Shown piece by piece: positions 9,901-16,950 of a stretch of DNA of 41,574 bases (the first letter of the stretch is position 1; each line of letters starts with the position of its first letter). The notes under the pieces are model-generated. The model made no database searches, had not been told where the DNA came from, and saw nothing but the letters and a program-made list of their open reading frames with translations. The DNA comes from a virus. Its lineage: Duplodnaviria > Caudoviricetes. A program made the translations under genes and the position numbers. The stretch lies in the IMG/VR virus record IMGVR_UViG_3300025697_000048, positions 1 through 41,574 of that record. One strand, given 5' to 3'.

Positions 9901-11847
9901 GCGTACACCGTACACCCCGACCTCGCGCATGTAATAAACAACCTGATCAGAGTCAACCAGGTGACGACCAACAAATATCTCCGCGGACTCAGGCACGTGG
10001 CCAACTTCGGGCGGGCGGTGAAGTTCGCCGGCTCGATCTTCCACATGAAAACGATCGCAATCCAGGCGCTGATCGATTCGGGCGGGTACGGTTCGTTCTT
10101 AAACCCCAAGAATATCGGCGATAACCTGGCTAACATAATGACGGTCGGGTTCAGGGACAATGACGTCGTATTCGCGACGCCGGAATATCAGAAGTATGTC
10201 AGGCTGGGCGGCGGGCATCACGGATCGGCCGAATACGAAGCGCAGGCGTGGATCGATCGGATGCTGTCGGGCCGGGACGCGTCGACGCTATGGAAGGTCG
10301 GACGACTCGCGCCGAAACTGGTCACCCAACCGTTCCGGGCGTATACCCGATGGATGTTCAATAAGTGGATACCATGGGTAAAATACGTCAAGTATATGGA
10401 AATGGTCGACCGGGCCGAACAGAAGCACGGTCGGGAACTGACCGACGCCGAACACGTCGAGATAATAAAGGAAGGGTCGAACTTCTACGGCGAACAGAAC
10501 GAACGGATGTACGGACGATCGGCGGGAATGACGTCGGCGCTACGGCTATGGTTCTCCGCTCCGGGGTTCGGAGAAGGCAACTACCGCACCATGTACAAGG
10601 CCCTGACCCAAAAGGGGGCGGGCAGGTCCAGGGCGAATATACCAAACTCGCTGGGATTCACGTTCATGACCGCGTCGATCGCGACGTATCTGCTGACCGG
10701 ACAACTGCCCGAACCGCCGGAAGACTGGGATGATGTGCGGGATCTGTTCAAGGTTAAGACCGGATGGCCGGACGCCAAGGGCCGAGAGATCATGATCGAT
10801 CTGATGAGCTTCGATAAGGATTATTTCCAGCAACTCGTCAGGCCGGCCGGCTTGGCGCTGACGGGTTCGCCGATCAAGGGGCTTGGCGAATTTCTCTCCA
10901 CGATCCCAACGCGACTGGGGCACATGAAAGCATCGCACCTGGGACCGATCGCGGATCTGTATCACCTGTCGTCAGGCGACGCGATATACGACTACTTCGG
11001 AAACAAAGTCTTCTACCTGACCGACCCGTTCACGATCAAACTCCAGAAACTCTCGGTTCGCTGGCTCCGTGAGTTCCAGCCGATATCGCTGAGTGTAGCT
11101 GAGAAGATGATCGGGCAGAGGGTGGCGCCCATAACCGCACTGCTGACCGCACTGCTGGGGATCCGGATGACACTGTCGGAAAAGGAACGGAACGTAAACG
11201 AGATCGCACGGGACGTTTGGGACGCACAGAGCAGGAAAGAAGATATGCTCTGGAATATAGTCAAAATGAACAAACCGTACGAAGCGATTCGAGACTTCAA
11301 CGAAATGGTCGAACGGGTAAAGAGCCATCCGGACATTACCGACGAACTGGTCGAGCGGCTCGATAAACTCACGATCGATCCGGTGAAACTCGTCGCCAAC
11401 AGGATAAAGAGACTCACCGTCCGAACGATCGACGAGAAGGACCGCGAACGGACAATTAACTGGCTCGATAAGATGGGAGTATCGACCGACGACGCCGAGG
11501 ATAAACTCAACGCGGCGATGAGAGAGTCGTACAAGGATTCAAGACTCACACCAGGCGAGCAGAGGCGACGGATAGCCGGCAAGGTCGAACGACTCCAGGC
11601 CAGACTCGAAGGGACCGAAACAGCCGAACTGATGAGGTCGACGGTAGCATGGCTCAGTGAGAGGACATTAAGCGACGATAAGACCGAACAACTGCTGAAG
11701 AAACTACACGATCAGGGGATAACTACCTACGGAAAGGCGCGGATACTACTGTCCAGACATCATCGGAAAAGAAATTCGCAGAAAAAAACCGCTCGCCAAG
11801 CGGTCCGGAGACTGAGGGCCAGATTCAAAGAGCCCGAAGCGAAATAA
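3970..11847 (+). CDS. Giant polyvalent/ejection protein (2625 aa) with zincin-like HExxH, ART-PolyVal-like and SAP/Rho-N-like modules
   Basis: TFLHELIH (~7378-7401); AFHGT..FDVFD..GLWF..GYDGLVI (~8389-8670); LAEMSYNELRTLARSLRVSAAGSKEAVADRI and LAGMKYNEVIEMAKGMHLDTRGSKNIVAARI; hydrophobic G/A-rich helices near the N-terminus. Confidence 0.75.
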   Translation: MPNVFDEIYAEDQVAEIKPPRPTEPTETNVFDEVYGAKTATEPQPTGPSTGPNVFDAIYDPFEGVGLDPTEARRRLKTHGQITASVDAGNDLSPTQQEAAVGLSDRMKADIAARLYEKERFSAGATIGDYTQNAQTYSLAAGDSEIGRELERHRISKGGSSVIGALTNKARKAAFGVMEKHTPQVMMKAIADIDERRQGPKVLTDEGYAMRFAMAHQHFLKQKPLWDMAAKIVKHPEGASKGLLEAEDAIWDMSEKDAAVLLSFVYEHSVENAEETTTLGGVATHIDRGSDQFWQFIVNMATLLGGDEHSNDIQLRLNRIKGAMLAGDPVAGRNILEEGLFGAAEMVVPLLATAAVGGVAGKIGGKVAGKIAGTAVWVPAGASTIYTGMRDAGIGHGESKVIALAGSVPYAMIEMLKARQLIPKKFLGKALRKGAKEVVKKTFRKAVTSRLLKAGAVYSAEWMEEVLQSGVTLSSIALGAYLDENAPGVDYKKQLKEIKKELIAAAKSLPWLMGGGQMAAGVSDVQATKTRKALNAKISRARAMGKYFRETAKSIREAAEERRTPTKTTEVAGETAVKPTEGTTPTEAAGEIEAAEDAESDGELPENVLHEDLLEDGWVQATTGTATEKTPTEVAETVRSNGELVENVAGRSYYKVVSDDDTEVRAYENGDVLLMYPDGSKGFGRGGEGDWYRQEPADPAVKDAIGMAKAAVKRGDSTGKIKKLAETLRESDGDEAADAFLGEAGEHTGPDSPSAQRKLGAKKTKVQAKKTKVQEITAKSPVADMAIEDLFAEAESLKIDRGNLNHAELVDAVERARKGQAEDQAKTDELKEWTRTALQPKGGATAAEPESEPKPGKVSAKPPKVSAKPGKVSAKPPKATGDLAEMSYNELRTLARSLRVSAAGSKEAVADRIRQKQKDDAKKKPTAPAAKEPSKHPMRDKFEVIAQKQVGGSAAADVMRIWDSVAAEWARRTGGKAEDFWGQVLADVREGGDVTKPPGLDQSGLFDQGETDLFGRPIVRPMGGKQETLIGTGEMTERGVGEVEITDELEAEAVRIVTASGFKIKTAKELLGALRAKHKAATDAMFNKPTDPLPEAGEALIRAIKGGTLFQGERGGVQFIRDGKAILSLFENADVSTFLHELIHIVRRIPNFFSDAEIAILEKSAGVAGGKWNVPAEEKLAKAWEKFFMTGKAPTDMPGLKKVFKRLKALLRRLYQAIKHTGKVTPELRAVFDRILGSNVTLETAAEMKRRQVDDRAAARQVKMLEEAMRLQYNEYYGPIELEREAAEGEVDSGAEQYGQDALPTRFKDKLPTELKEAMSGQFNLMRLVSVSKPGDPDYGQSTGAADALGTLGAEEFVRRLALIGAGAKGEIERMAERLEAAGVSGEFNYGSPDVDVLNVVRKWRLLKDIKGEGLDEKPYLGDVEQRVREAYGLDAEAMLKQEAIDEAPSQLSQGPVEPWEMTGEEFENAEDTAFHGTNLDFDVFDLDKTKKWGKFGLWFAKGKGAKSFAELFGKNIKSAKVVLNSPKKISAEVWDGIRLEHAKDEAWFRNWRRKLIADGYDGLVIEGETEMFAGFEVHRPIDVAAFSNDQVMTHRQLVQRALYDGQPVPDRVLAEYPDLDRPEVLSQSMRRPVGRKKKEKVFSQPGKSQRAEAAKRNAAREEDLVSEKKGAIAGRVLRRIRKGFLNISEPMKRVDISLGKDVSARTISWAHEPDAGLIEWENTPLEDLGVAGPDANELAGMKYNEVIEMAKGMHLDTRGSKNIVAARIIADQNERGKARALAGGSTIAEYEKEIDELPEAWQTDINLIRGTPATPEGAALQNEALGEIPDYLRPTGETLKTISDEIWEVAHEITDGNIGYVEGYYYGAFEDSADGSRTVSSFMNYYQTTKRMTEKKVWPTYADALAFGLKLKDTNPVTNLRREMAQVLRLKAMIEFRQYLITTGEGKYILKLGDATPEEMAGKIGDFQEIHDPVFRAYTVHPDLAHVINNLIRVNQVTTNKYLRGLRHVANFGRAVKFAGSIFHMKTIAIQALIDSGGYGSFLNPKNIGDNLANIMTVGFRDNDVVFATPEYQKYVRLGGGHHGSAEYEAQAWIDRMLSGRDASTLWKVGRLAPKLVTQPFRAYTRWMFNKWIPWVKYVKYMEMVDRAEQKHGRELTDAEHVEIIKEGSNFYGEQNERMYGRSAGMTSALRLWFSAPGFGEGNYRTMYKALTQKGAGRSRANIPNSLGFTFMTASIATYLLTGQLPEPPEDWDDVRDLFKVKTGWPDAKGREIMIDLMSFDKDYFQQLVRPAGLALTGSPIKGLGEFLSTIPTRLGHMKASHLGPIADLYHLSSGDAIYDYFGNKVFYLTDPFTIKLQKLSVRWLREFQPISLSVAEKMIGQRVAPITALLTALLGIRMTLSEKERNVNEIARDVWDAQSRKEDMLWNIVKMNKPYEAIRDFNEMVERVKSHPDITDELVERLDKLTIDPVKLVANRIKRLTVRTIDEKDRERTINWLDKMGVSTDDAEDKLNAAMRESYKDSRLTPGEQRRRIAGKVERLQARLEGTETAELMRSTVAWLSERTLSDDKTEQLLKKLHDQGITTYGKARILLSRHHRKRNSQKKTARQAVRRLRARFKEPEAK

Positions 11848-12034
11848 CACTGGCTTTATACACCTTTCCACACCTTTCCACACGTTTACGACTAACCGAC
11901 GGGGCACGTTCGAAGGTCTCTGTCTGTAGAATTTTTGCGGGAATCCAGAAAAAGTATTAAGGAAAGTGTTGTTTTGATACGATACTGTGCGTAGAACATA
12001 AGCAGAAGCGAACGAAGACAACGAAAGGACCGAT

Positions 12035-12247
12035 ATGCACAACCGACCGGAACTCAATGCCAGGCTGCTCGAAAGAGCGATGATGAGGAAGGGATGGGGT
12101 ATTACCGACGTCGCCGAGGCGTGCGGACTATGCTGGATGACAGTCAGCAGAGTTATGTCCGGTGCTACGAAAAAGCCGGCGTCGGTTAAGAAGGTGGCCG
12201 ACGCCGTGGACGTTACAATGGATGAACTGATGGGGGCGGACGCGTGA
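12035..12247 (+). CDS. Cro/CI-type (XRE) HTH regulator
   Basis: 70 aa, WGITDVAEACGLCWMTVSRVMSG..SVKKVADAVDVTMDEL; AAAGGA SD. Confidence 0.85.
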   Translation: MHNRPELNARLLERAMMRKGWGITDVAEACGLCWMTVSRVMSGATKKPASVKKVADAVDVTMDELMGADA

Positions 12248-12420
12248 TTATGATGTGTGTGATAAATGAAAAATGCGGACTCTGCCGAGATTGGCTCGAC
12301 GGCTACTGTCGCGGTATAGACACGCCGCCGGGCGGGTGCTACGTCCAGCCGGATATGATGACCGCCGACGATCGCGCCGAGGTCGGTAGACTTTGCGGCG
12401 AGCCTGCCGCAGACCAATGA
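12244..12420 (+). CDS. Small Cys-rich protein (..CVINEKCGLCRDWLDGYCRG..)
   Basis: GTG at 12244 overlaps the previous stop (GTGA), in-frame ATG at 12250, TGA at 12418-12420; not in the ORF track. Confidence 0.5.
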   Translation: MIMMCVINEKCGLCRDWLDGYCRGIDTPPGGCYVQPDMMTADDRAEVGRLCGEPAADQ

Positions 12421-12453
12421 TGAATGCGGAATTCTGAATGATGAATGAACGGC
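12413..12453 (+). repeat. Repeat family A copy 1 (ACCAATGATGAATGCGGAATTCTGAATGATGAATGAACGGC)
   Basis: 41-bp exact match to 13023-13063; variants at ~15926, ~21569 and 40705. Confidence 0.95.
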
Positions 12454-12472
12454 AACAGCGAAAGGACACGAC

Positions 12473-12790
12473 ATGAACAAGGAATACACAGAACGCGGAT
12501 TCAGGGTATACGGTTCGATAATCGACGGCAAAGGATCCAGGGTGTGGGTCCAGAAATCTTCGGCTGCTGATCGCCGGTCTGTTTGGATATTCTGTGAGAA
12601 CAGCGACCCAAACTATGAATCGCCCCAGCCGCACCTGACTGTTGAGCAAGCGACTGAAATAATTGGTCTCTTGCAGACTTTCGTTGAAGAGACAATTATG
12701 AACGACGACGGCGCGGTCGACCGCATGGAAGCCGACCTGGCCGACGATCCGACAGCGGATTCCCCGAATGATGAACAGGCGGCGCTATGA
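12473..12790 (+). CDS. Phage hypothetical protein
   Basis: AAAGGA SD; ATGA overlap with next gene; TERGF..VQKSSAA..HLTVEQA..L..F pattern resembles small phage proteins. Confidence 0.75.
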   Translation: MNKEYTERGFRVYGSIIDGKGSRVWVQKSSAADRRSVWIFCENSDPNYESPQPHLTVEQATEIIGLLQTFVEETIMNDDGAVDRMEADLADDPTADSPNDEQAAL

Positions 12791-13023
12791 GCCAACTTGA
12801 GTTAATAGAGACCGTCGACCTGGTCGAGGAACTTCTCAATCGATGCGATATCGGCGCTGTTGTCTTTATGAAGATCGGGGTCCAGGACAATACGAATCTC
12901 TATATCCGGCGATGGAAAGGCAACACGCACACAGTAATGGGACTCTTAACCGATATGCAGATGAAGGCAATGTTGTATTTCGAGGAAGTTGAAGAATCTG
13001 ACGCCGAGGAGGATGAACTGTAA
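12787..13023 (+). CDS. Hypothetical protein (acidic, 78 aa)
   Basis: ATGA-coupled to the upstream gene; protein-like composition. Confidence 0.7.
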   Translation: MSQLELIETVDLVEELLNRCDIGAVVFMKIGVQDNTNLYIRRWKGNTHTVMGLLTDMQMKAMLYFEEVEESDAEEDEL

Positions 13024-13063
13024 CCAATGATGAATGCGGAATTCTGAATGATGAATGAACGGC
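13023..13063 (+). repeat. Repeat family A copy 2
   Basis: Identical to 12413-12453. Confidence 0.95.
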
Positions 13064-13084
13064 GATAACATAAAAGGAAACGAC

Positions 13085-13900
13085 ATGAGATATATGGACA
13101 TGACGCTCTACAAAGGACCGAGCTCCAGAAGGCGAGGGCGGTGGCCGCTGTCGGAACGGGGTACGGACGCCCTGGGGTTCCTGGCGATCGCGGTACTGGT
13201 CGTTTGGTTTCTAACTCTACCTCAACCCTGGGCGGAAAAACACGGAGAAACGGACAATGAAAGCGACAGCAAAATTATCGATCCTGTGCAGACGCGTATG
13301 GAACAAAATCAGAAAAGCCAAGGGCTGGCACGCGGGGGTAAGGAGAAAGACGCCGAAAAAACTCGTACAACGATTGATCGACGACGGCTGGTGGATCCTG
13401 GAACAACGGCTCGGCAAGGATCGGGAATCAAATTCCTGGCGACCGGCGCCCGGCGACGGGAAGCGGGCACGGCTCTACACAGATACAGCCGACGCAGAAT
13501 TGGCGGCCGCATTACTGTCTCGGGCAGGACTCACCCAGTACCGAGCCAGGCCGCTGACGCAGTTGGACTTCACGCTGATTCGAACCAATGGGTTCTACGA
13601 CGTATGCGGGTTACGGCGTACTGCCCGGGCCGATGCTGCTGCGGGCGGTACGCCGACGGGGTCACAGCGTCAGGGAAATCGATCCACTACAACGGAGGGA
13701 AATTCGCCGCCGGCGACAAAAAGTTCAAGTTCGGCACAGTCGTCAGAGTCCCGGGATACAACGGCGGACGCGCAATAGAAATTATCGATCGAGGCGGGGC
13801 AATCAAAGGCGATCGACTCGACCTGTTCTTCTCAACTCACAACGCCGCGATTAAATGGGGCAAGCAGTATCTCGACGTGCAGATTCGCCGTACGCAATAA
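13085..13900 (+). CDS. Membrane-anchored 3D (Asp-Asp-Asp) domain protein, MltA-related cell-wall enzyme
   Basis: N-terminal hydrophobic segment ALGFLAIAVLVVWFLTL; C-terminal MRVTAYC..ADGVTASG..AAGD..FGTVVRVPGY..IDRGGAIKGDRLDLF; start after AAAGGA. Confidence 0.8.
   Translation: MRYMDMTLYKGPSSRRRGRWPLSERGTDALGFLAIAVLVVWFLTLPQPWAEKHGETDNESDSKIIDPVQTRMEQNQKSQGLARGGKEKDAEKTRTTIDRRRLVDPGTTARQGSGIKFLATGARRREAGTALHRYSRRRIGGRITVSGRTHPVPSQAADAVGLHADSNQWVLRRMRVTAYCPGRCCCGRYADGVTASGKSIHYNGGKFAAGDKKFKFGTVVRVPGYNGGRAIEIIDRGGAIKGDRLDLFFSTHNAAIKWGKQYLDVQIRRTQ
13257..13778 (+). CDS. Possible nested gene in an alternative frame of the 3D-domain gene
   Basis: GGAG SD; the same GGAGAAACGGAC context precedes the gene at 18688; protein-like first ~105 aa. 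Confidence 0.4.
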   Translation: MKATAKLSILCRRVWNKIRKAKGWHAGVRRKTPKKLVQRLIDDGWWILEQRLGKDRESNSWRPAPGDGKRARLYTDTADAELAAALLSRAGLTQYRARPLTQLDFTLIRTNGFYDVCGLRRTARADAAAGGTPTGSQRQGNRSTTTEGNSPPATKSSSSAQSSESRDTTADAQ

Positions 13901-13903
13901 CAA

Positions 13904-13934
13904 CCGCCCGCGACTTCCGCTTGCGGTTTAACAA
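13904..13934 (+). repeat. Repeat family B copy 1 (CCGCCCGCGACTTCCGCTTGCGGTTTAACAA)
   Basis: 31-bp exact match to 15983-16013; 18-bp core also at 20157-20174. Confidence 0.95.
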
Positions 13935-13948
13935 GGAAAGAATTCGGT

Positions 13949-15931
13949 ATGAAAAACAAGAAACCAAACGCACCGAAAAAAAAACAGACGCAGAAAATTG
14001 AAACCGACAGCGGAGTACTCCAGGATGTCGCGATCGACGAGATCGAACTGCTCGTCGCAAACCATCGCCAGACGATGGATCCGATTAAGCTGCGGGATCT
14101 GGCCGATTCGATCGCCGCGATCGGCCTGCAGCAGCCGATCAAAGTATGCCGAAACGACTCGGGGTACACGATGGTGTTCGGACACCGACGCATGGCCGCC
14201 GCGACGATGGCCGGAAAGACCGCGATACCCGCGATCGTGGTCGAAGGATGGACCGACCAGCAGATCGCCGAGGCCCAGGTGATCGAAAATATCCTCCGCG
14301 AAGATCTGAACCCGATCGAGGAGGCCCACTGCGTCCAGACCCTCATCGACGCCGATTCGAACTTCGACAAGGTCGCCTCGAAAATGAACAAGTCGATCGA
14401 CTGGTGTCGACAGCGGCTCGACCTGCTGAGACTCAGCGCGAAGGTCCAGGCCCTGGCGGCCAGCGGCCGACTGCCGCTGAAACACGCCCGCCTGATCGCC
14501 AGGGTCGGCGATGCATCCGACCAGTACAACCTGGCGGCCGCCGCGATCGGGGGGATGGACGAAAAGAACATCGTCGGCGGCGACCACGTTATGCCGCTCG
14601 AAAGACTCCGCGACGAAATAAGCTGGATGCTCTGCAAGCTCGGGGCGGCCCGATGGCCCAAGGATGTCGAGTACGCCAAGAGACGGCCCTGCGACGGATG
14701 CGTCGACAACACCAACACCGAACCGGTCCTGTTCGACGGGATAACACTGACCAGCAAAAACGGAAACTGCACCAACCCCGGCTGTTTCGAGGCCAAGGCC
14801 TGGGCCTGGGAAAAAGACCCGGTGAAACTCGCCCGCGACGCCAAACGCGACGCGGCCAAAGCGGCCAAAGGCGGCGGCGCCGGTACTGAAAAATCCGGCG
14901 GCGCGTCGAATTCGCACGAATCGTATCAGGACCGCGAGAAACGGGTCGCTAAGCTGCGGAAGAAATTCCCCTGGACGATCGAACAGACTCACGCCCTGGC
15001 GATCTGGGAATACGGACGCGACCTGGTCGAGGCGATTGGCGTCACCATCGCGTGCGGCCGTGCCCGCGATGCGGCGCTGCTCGTCCTGGCGGCGCTGAAT
15101 TCCAAGCCGAACTACCAGATGCTCCTCGCCCAGAGCACGCCGACACTGGAGAGCCTGGTCGACTTCACCCCCGGCGGCCTGAACGGCCTGGACGGCGTGA
15201 TGGCCGATACGTGGAGATGCAACGCGAAGCCCGGCGACGATTACGGACCCGGGCTCGACTACGACGGGGAGGTCTTCAACGTCCCGCTGAATGGCAATAT
15301 CGCCAACCGCATCGACGCGTTGGAAGCGATCGCCGCGGCGTGGAAGGTCCCCGACCTGCCGACGCGGCCGACGCTCGAATCGGCGACCGAGGCGTTCGCG
15401 ACCCGGACGATCGTCAACGGCTCGCGCGACGAGGCGACCCGGGCGATCGCCGGATGCCTGGACGCCAGTTTCCTGGCCGACCTGCAGCTCGACGACTCGG
15501 CCGGAAAGACCGGCCATAAAAAACTGCCCAAATGGAAGATCAAGGCGATCGACCAGCGGCTCGTCGAACTGAACGCCGAATGCGACCACGCGCCGGCCCC
15601 GACGTTCGACGTCGATACCTGCGCGATCTGCGGATGCGACGACCACAACTCCTGCGACGGCGGATGCGGTTGGCACGACGACGAACACACCGTATGCACC
15701 GCCTGCGTCGACGGGATCCGGAACGGAACCAAGAAAGAGAAGGCCGGCATCCTTGCGGCGATCGCCAAGGCCCCGCTCTGGCTGCTGGACGATCTCCGCG
15801 TCGCGGGCCTCCGAGGCGACTGGCGACGTGCGGCCGTCCTGACGCAAATCGAAAAACTCGAAAAACTCGAAAAACTCGAAAAACTCGAACTTGAACAACA
15901 ACCGGCAGTGATGAACGCGAACCGACAGTGA
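13949..15931 (+). CDS. ParB/RepB/Spo0J-family protein with Cys-rich C-terminal extensions
   Basis: LADSIAAIGLQQPI.V..MVFGHRRMAA..AQVIENILREDLNPIEEA then HTH; CxxC..CTNPGCFEAK; CAICGC..C..GCGW..CTAC. Confidence 0.9.
   Translation: MKNKKPNAPKKKQTQKIETDSGVLQDVAIDEIELLVANHRQTMDPIKLRDLADSIAAIGLQQPIKVCRNDSGYTMVFGHRRMAAATMAGKTAIPAIVVEGWTDQQIAEAQVIENILREDLNPIEEAHCVQTLIDADSNFDKVASKMNKSIDWCRQRLDLLRLSAKVQALAASGRLPLKHARLIARVGDASDQYNLAAAAIGGMDEKNIVGGDHVMPLERLRDEISWMLCKLGAARWPKDVEYAKRRPCDGCVDNTNTEPVLFDGITLTSKNGNCTNPGCFEAKAWAWEKDPVKLARDAKRDAAKAAKGGGAGTEKSGGASNSHESYQDREKRVAKLRKKFPWTIEQTHALAIWEYGRDLVEAIGVTIACGRARDAALLVLAALNSKPNYQMLLAQSTPTLESLVDFTPGGLNGLDGVMADTWRCNAKPGDDYGPGLDYDGEVFNVPLNGNIANRIDALEAIAAAWKVPDLPTRPTLESATEAFATRTIVNGSRDEATRAIAGCLDASFLADLQLDDSAGKTGHKKLPKWKIKAIDQRLVELNAECDHAPAPTFDVDTCAICGCDDHNSCDGGCGWHDDEHTVCTACVDGIRNGTKKEKAGILAAIAKAPLWLLDDLRVAGLRGDWRRAAVLTQIEKLEKLEKLEKLELEQQPAVMNANRQ
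15851..15886 (+). repeat. Tandem (GAAAAACTC)x4 encoding EKLEKLEKLEKL
   Basis: Read directly from sequence. Confidence 0.9.
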
Positions 15932-15934
15932 TGA

Positions 15935-15956
15935 ACCTGCCTGCCGGCAGGCAGGT
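15935..15956. repeat. Perfect 22-bp palindrome ACCTGCCTGCCGGCAGGCAGGT inside a family A copy
   Basis: Self-reverse-complementary; interrupts the TGATGAA^TGC(G/T)GAATTCTGAATG consensus. Confidence 0.9.
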
Positions 15957-15982
15957 GCTGAATTCTGAATGATGAACGAACG

Positions 15983-16013
15983 CCGCCCGCGACTTCCGCT
16001 TGCGGTTTAACAA
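15983..16013 (+). repeat. Repeat family B copy 2
   Basis: Identical to 13904-13934. Confidence 0.95.
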
Positions 16014-16050
16014 CTAGCCCGGCCCTGGGCCCAACAAAAGGAATAATGAA

Positions 16051-16719
16051 ATGGAACCTATGACTATCGAAGAATTTTGTGCGTATCTGAGAAGTGAGAT
16101 CGAGGGGACGAAATGCGTAATCGTCGGCGAACTGCTGAATCACGCAGATATGATCCGGACGGATAAGGACCTGATGCTTTCGCCCGGGAATATCCCCGCC
16201 GAACGCAGAGTCAACATGAAGGAGAATATCACCCTGGCGTTCCGACACCTGGAAGATGCGCGAATGAGGCTTGGTAAGGTGATGCAAGCCTACCAGGGCG
16301 GCGTCTCGATCTTCGACCGCGACGGTCAGACGGTCAGCGGACCCGAGAGCAAAACGCCGGAAGTCAGTCCCGACCGTCTGCTGGCGATCGCTCAGGCTTG
16401 CCACGAAGCGAATCGCGAGTACTGCATTTCCATCGGCGACCATTCACAACAGACGTGGAAGGACACGGCACAGTGGCAGAGGGATTCAGCCATCGACGGG
16501 GTCAAGCACGCCATCGCAGGCGACCGCACGCCCGCCGAACAACATGAGGCATGGGTCCTGGCCAAGGTAAAGGCCGGATGGACGTACGCCGCGGTCAAAG
16601 ACGGCGAACTCAGGGAACATCCGTGCCTGGTCCCGTACGATCAACTGCCCGACGAACAGAAGAAGAAAGACGAAATTTTCCTGGACGTTGTGAATAACGG
16701 CATGTCCGAAGACGAATAG
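16051..16719 (+). CDS. RyR-domain protein with N-terminal Acb2/Tad1-like helical hairpin
   Basis: C-term IAQACHE..AEQHEAWVLAKVKAGWTY..KDGELREHPCLVPYDQLPDEQKKKD is a typical RyR repeat; N-term NITLAFRHLEDARMRLGK. Confidence 0.8.
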   Translation: MEPMTIEEFCAYLRSEIEGTKCVIVGELLNHADMIRTDKDLMLSPGNIPAERRVNMKENITLAFRHLEDARMRLGKVMQAYQGGVSIFDRDGQTVSGPESKTPEVSPDRLLAIAQACHEANREYCISIGDHSQQTWKDTAQWQRDSAIDGVKHAIAGDRTPAEQHEAWVLAKVKAGWTYAAVKDGELREHPCLVPYDQLPDEQKKKDEIFLDVVNNGMSEDE

Positions 16720-16728
16720 CAAAAGACC

Positions 16729-16837
16729 GGCAACTGGCAACTGGCAACTGGCGACGGCTAGAAACCAGCAGCCAACCAAACGTTGAACCGTCGCCGTTGT
16801 CGTCGCCAGTTGCCAGTTGCCAGTAACCAGTTGCCAG
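16729..16837. repeat. Inverted GGCAACT/AGTTGCC heptamer arrays forming a long hairpin (family C)
   Basis: (GGCAACT)3GGCGACGGC at 16729-16758 pairs with GTCGTCGCC(AGTTGCC)2AGT from 16799. Confidence 0.85.
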
Positions 16838-16950
16838 TCCGTTAAAACAGTCTTCTTCGCAACGCCGACAGGGCTAGTCGTCTTGTTCCAGGCGGCCGGA
16901 TGGTCCGGCCGCCGCCCTGCCGGTGGAATCAATCTATTTGAGGTGCTAAC

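Noticed and set aside
11969-11997. Promoter TTGTTT-17-TAGAAC upstream of the Cro-like gene
   Set aside because: Position is plausible but the match to consensus is too weak to call
11746-12531. 261-aa minus-strand ORF as a divergent repressor
   Set aside because: No HTH or peptidase motif; overlaps the Cro-like gene antisense and includes translated repeat (HSSFRIPHSS)
12413-13063. Family A repeats as a CRISPR mini-array
   Set aside because: Spacing is ~570 bp or more and contains genes; no cas genes seen
13928-15901. 657-aa minus-strand ORF (and 13837-14868, 15259-16443)
   Set aside because: Antisense shadows of the GC3-rich ParB gene; no motifs, and they begin in repeats
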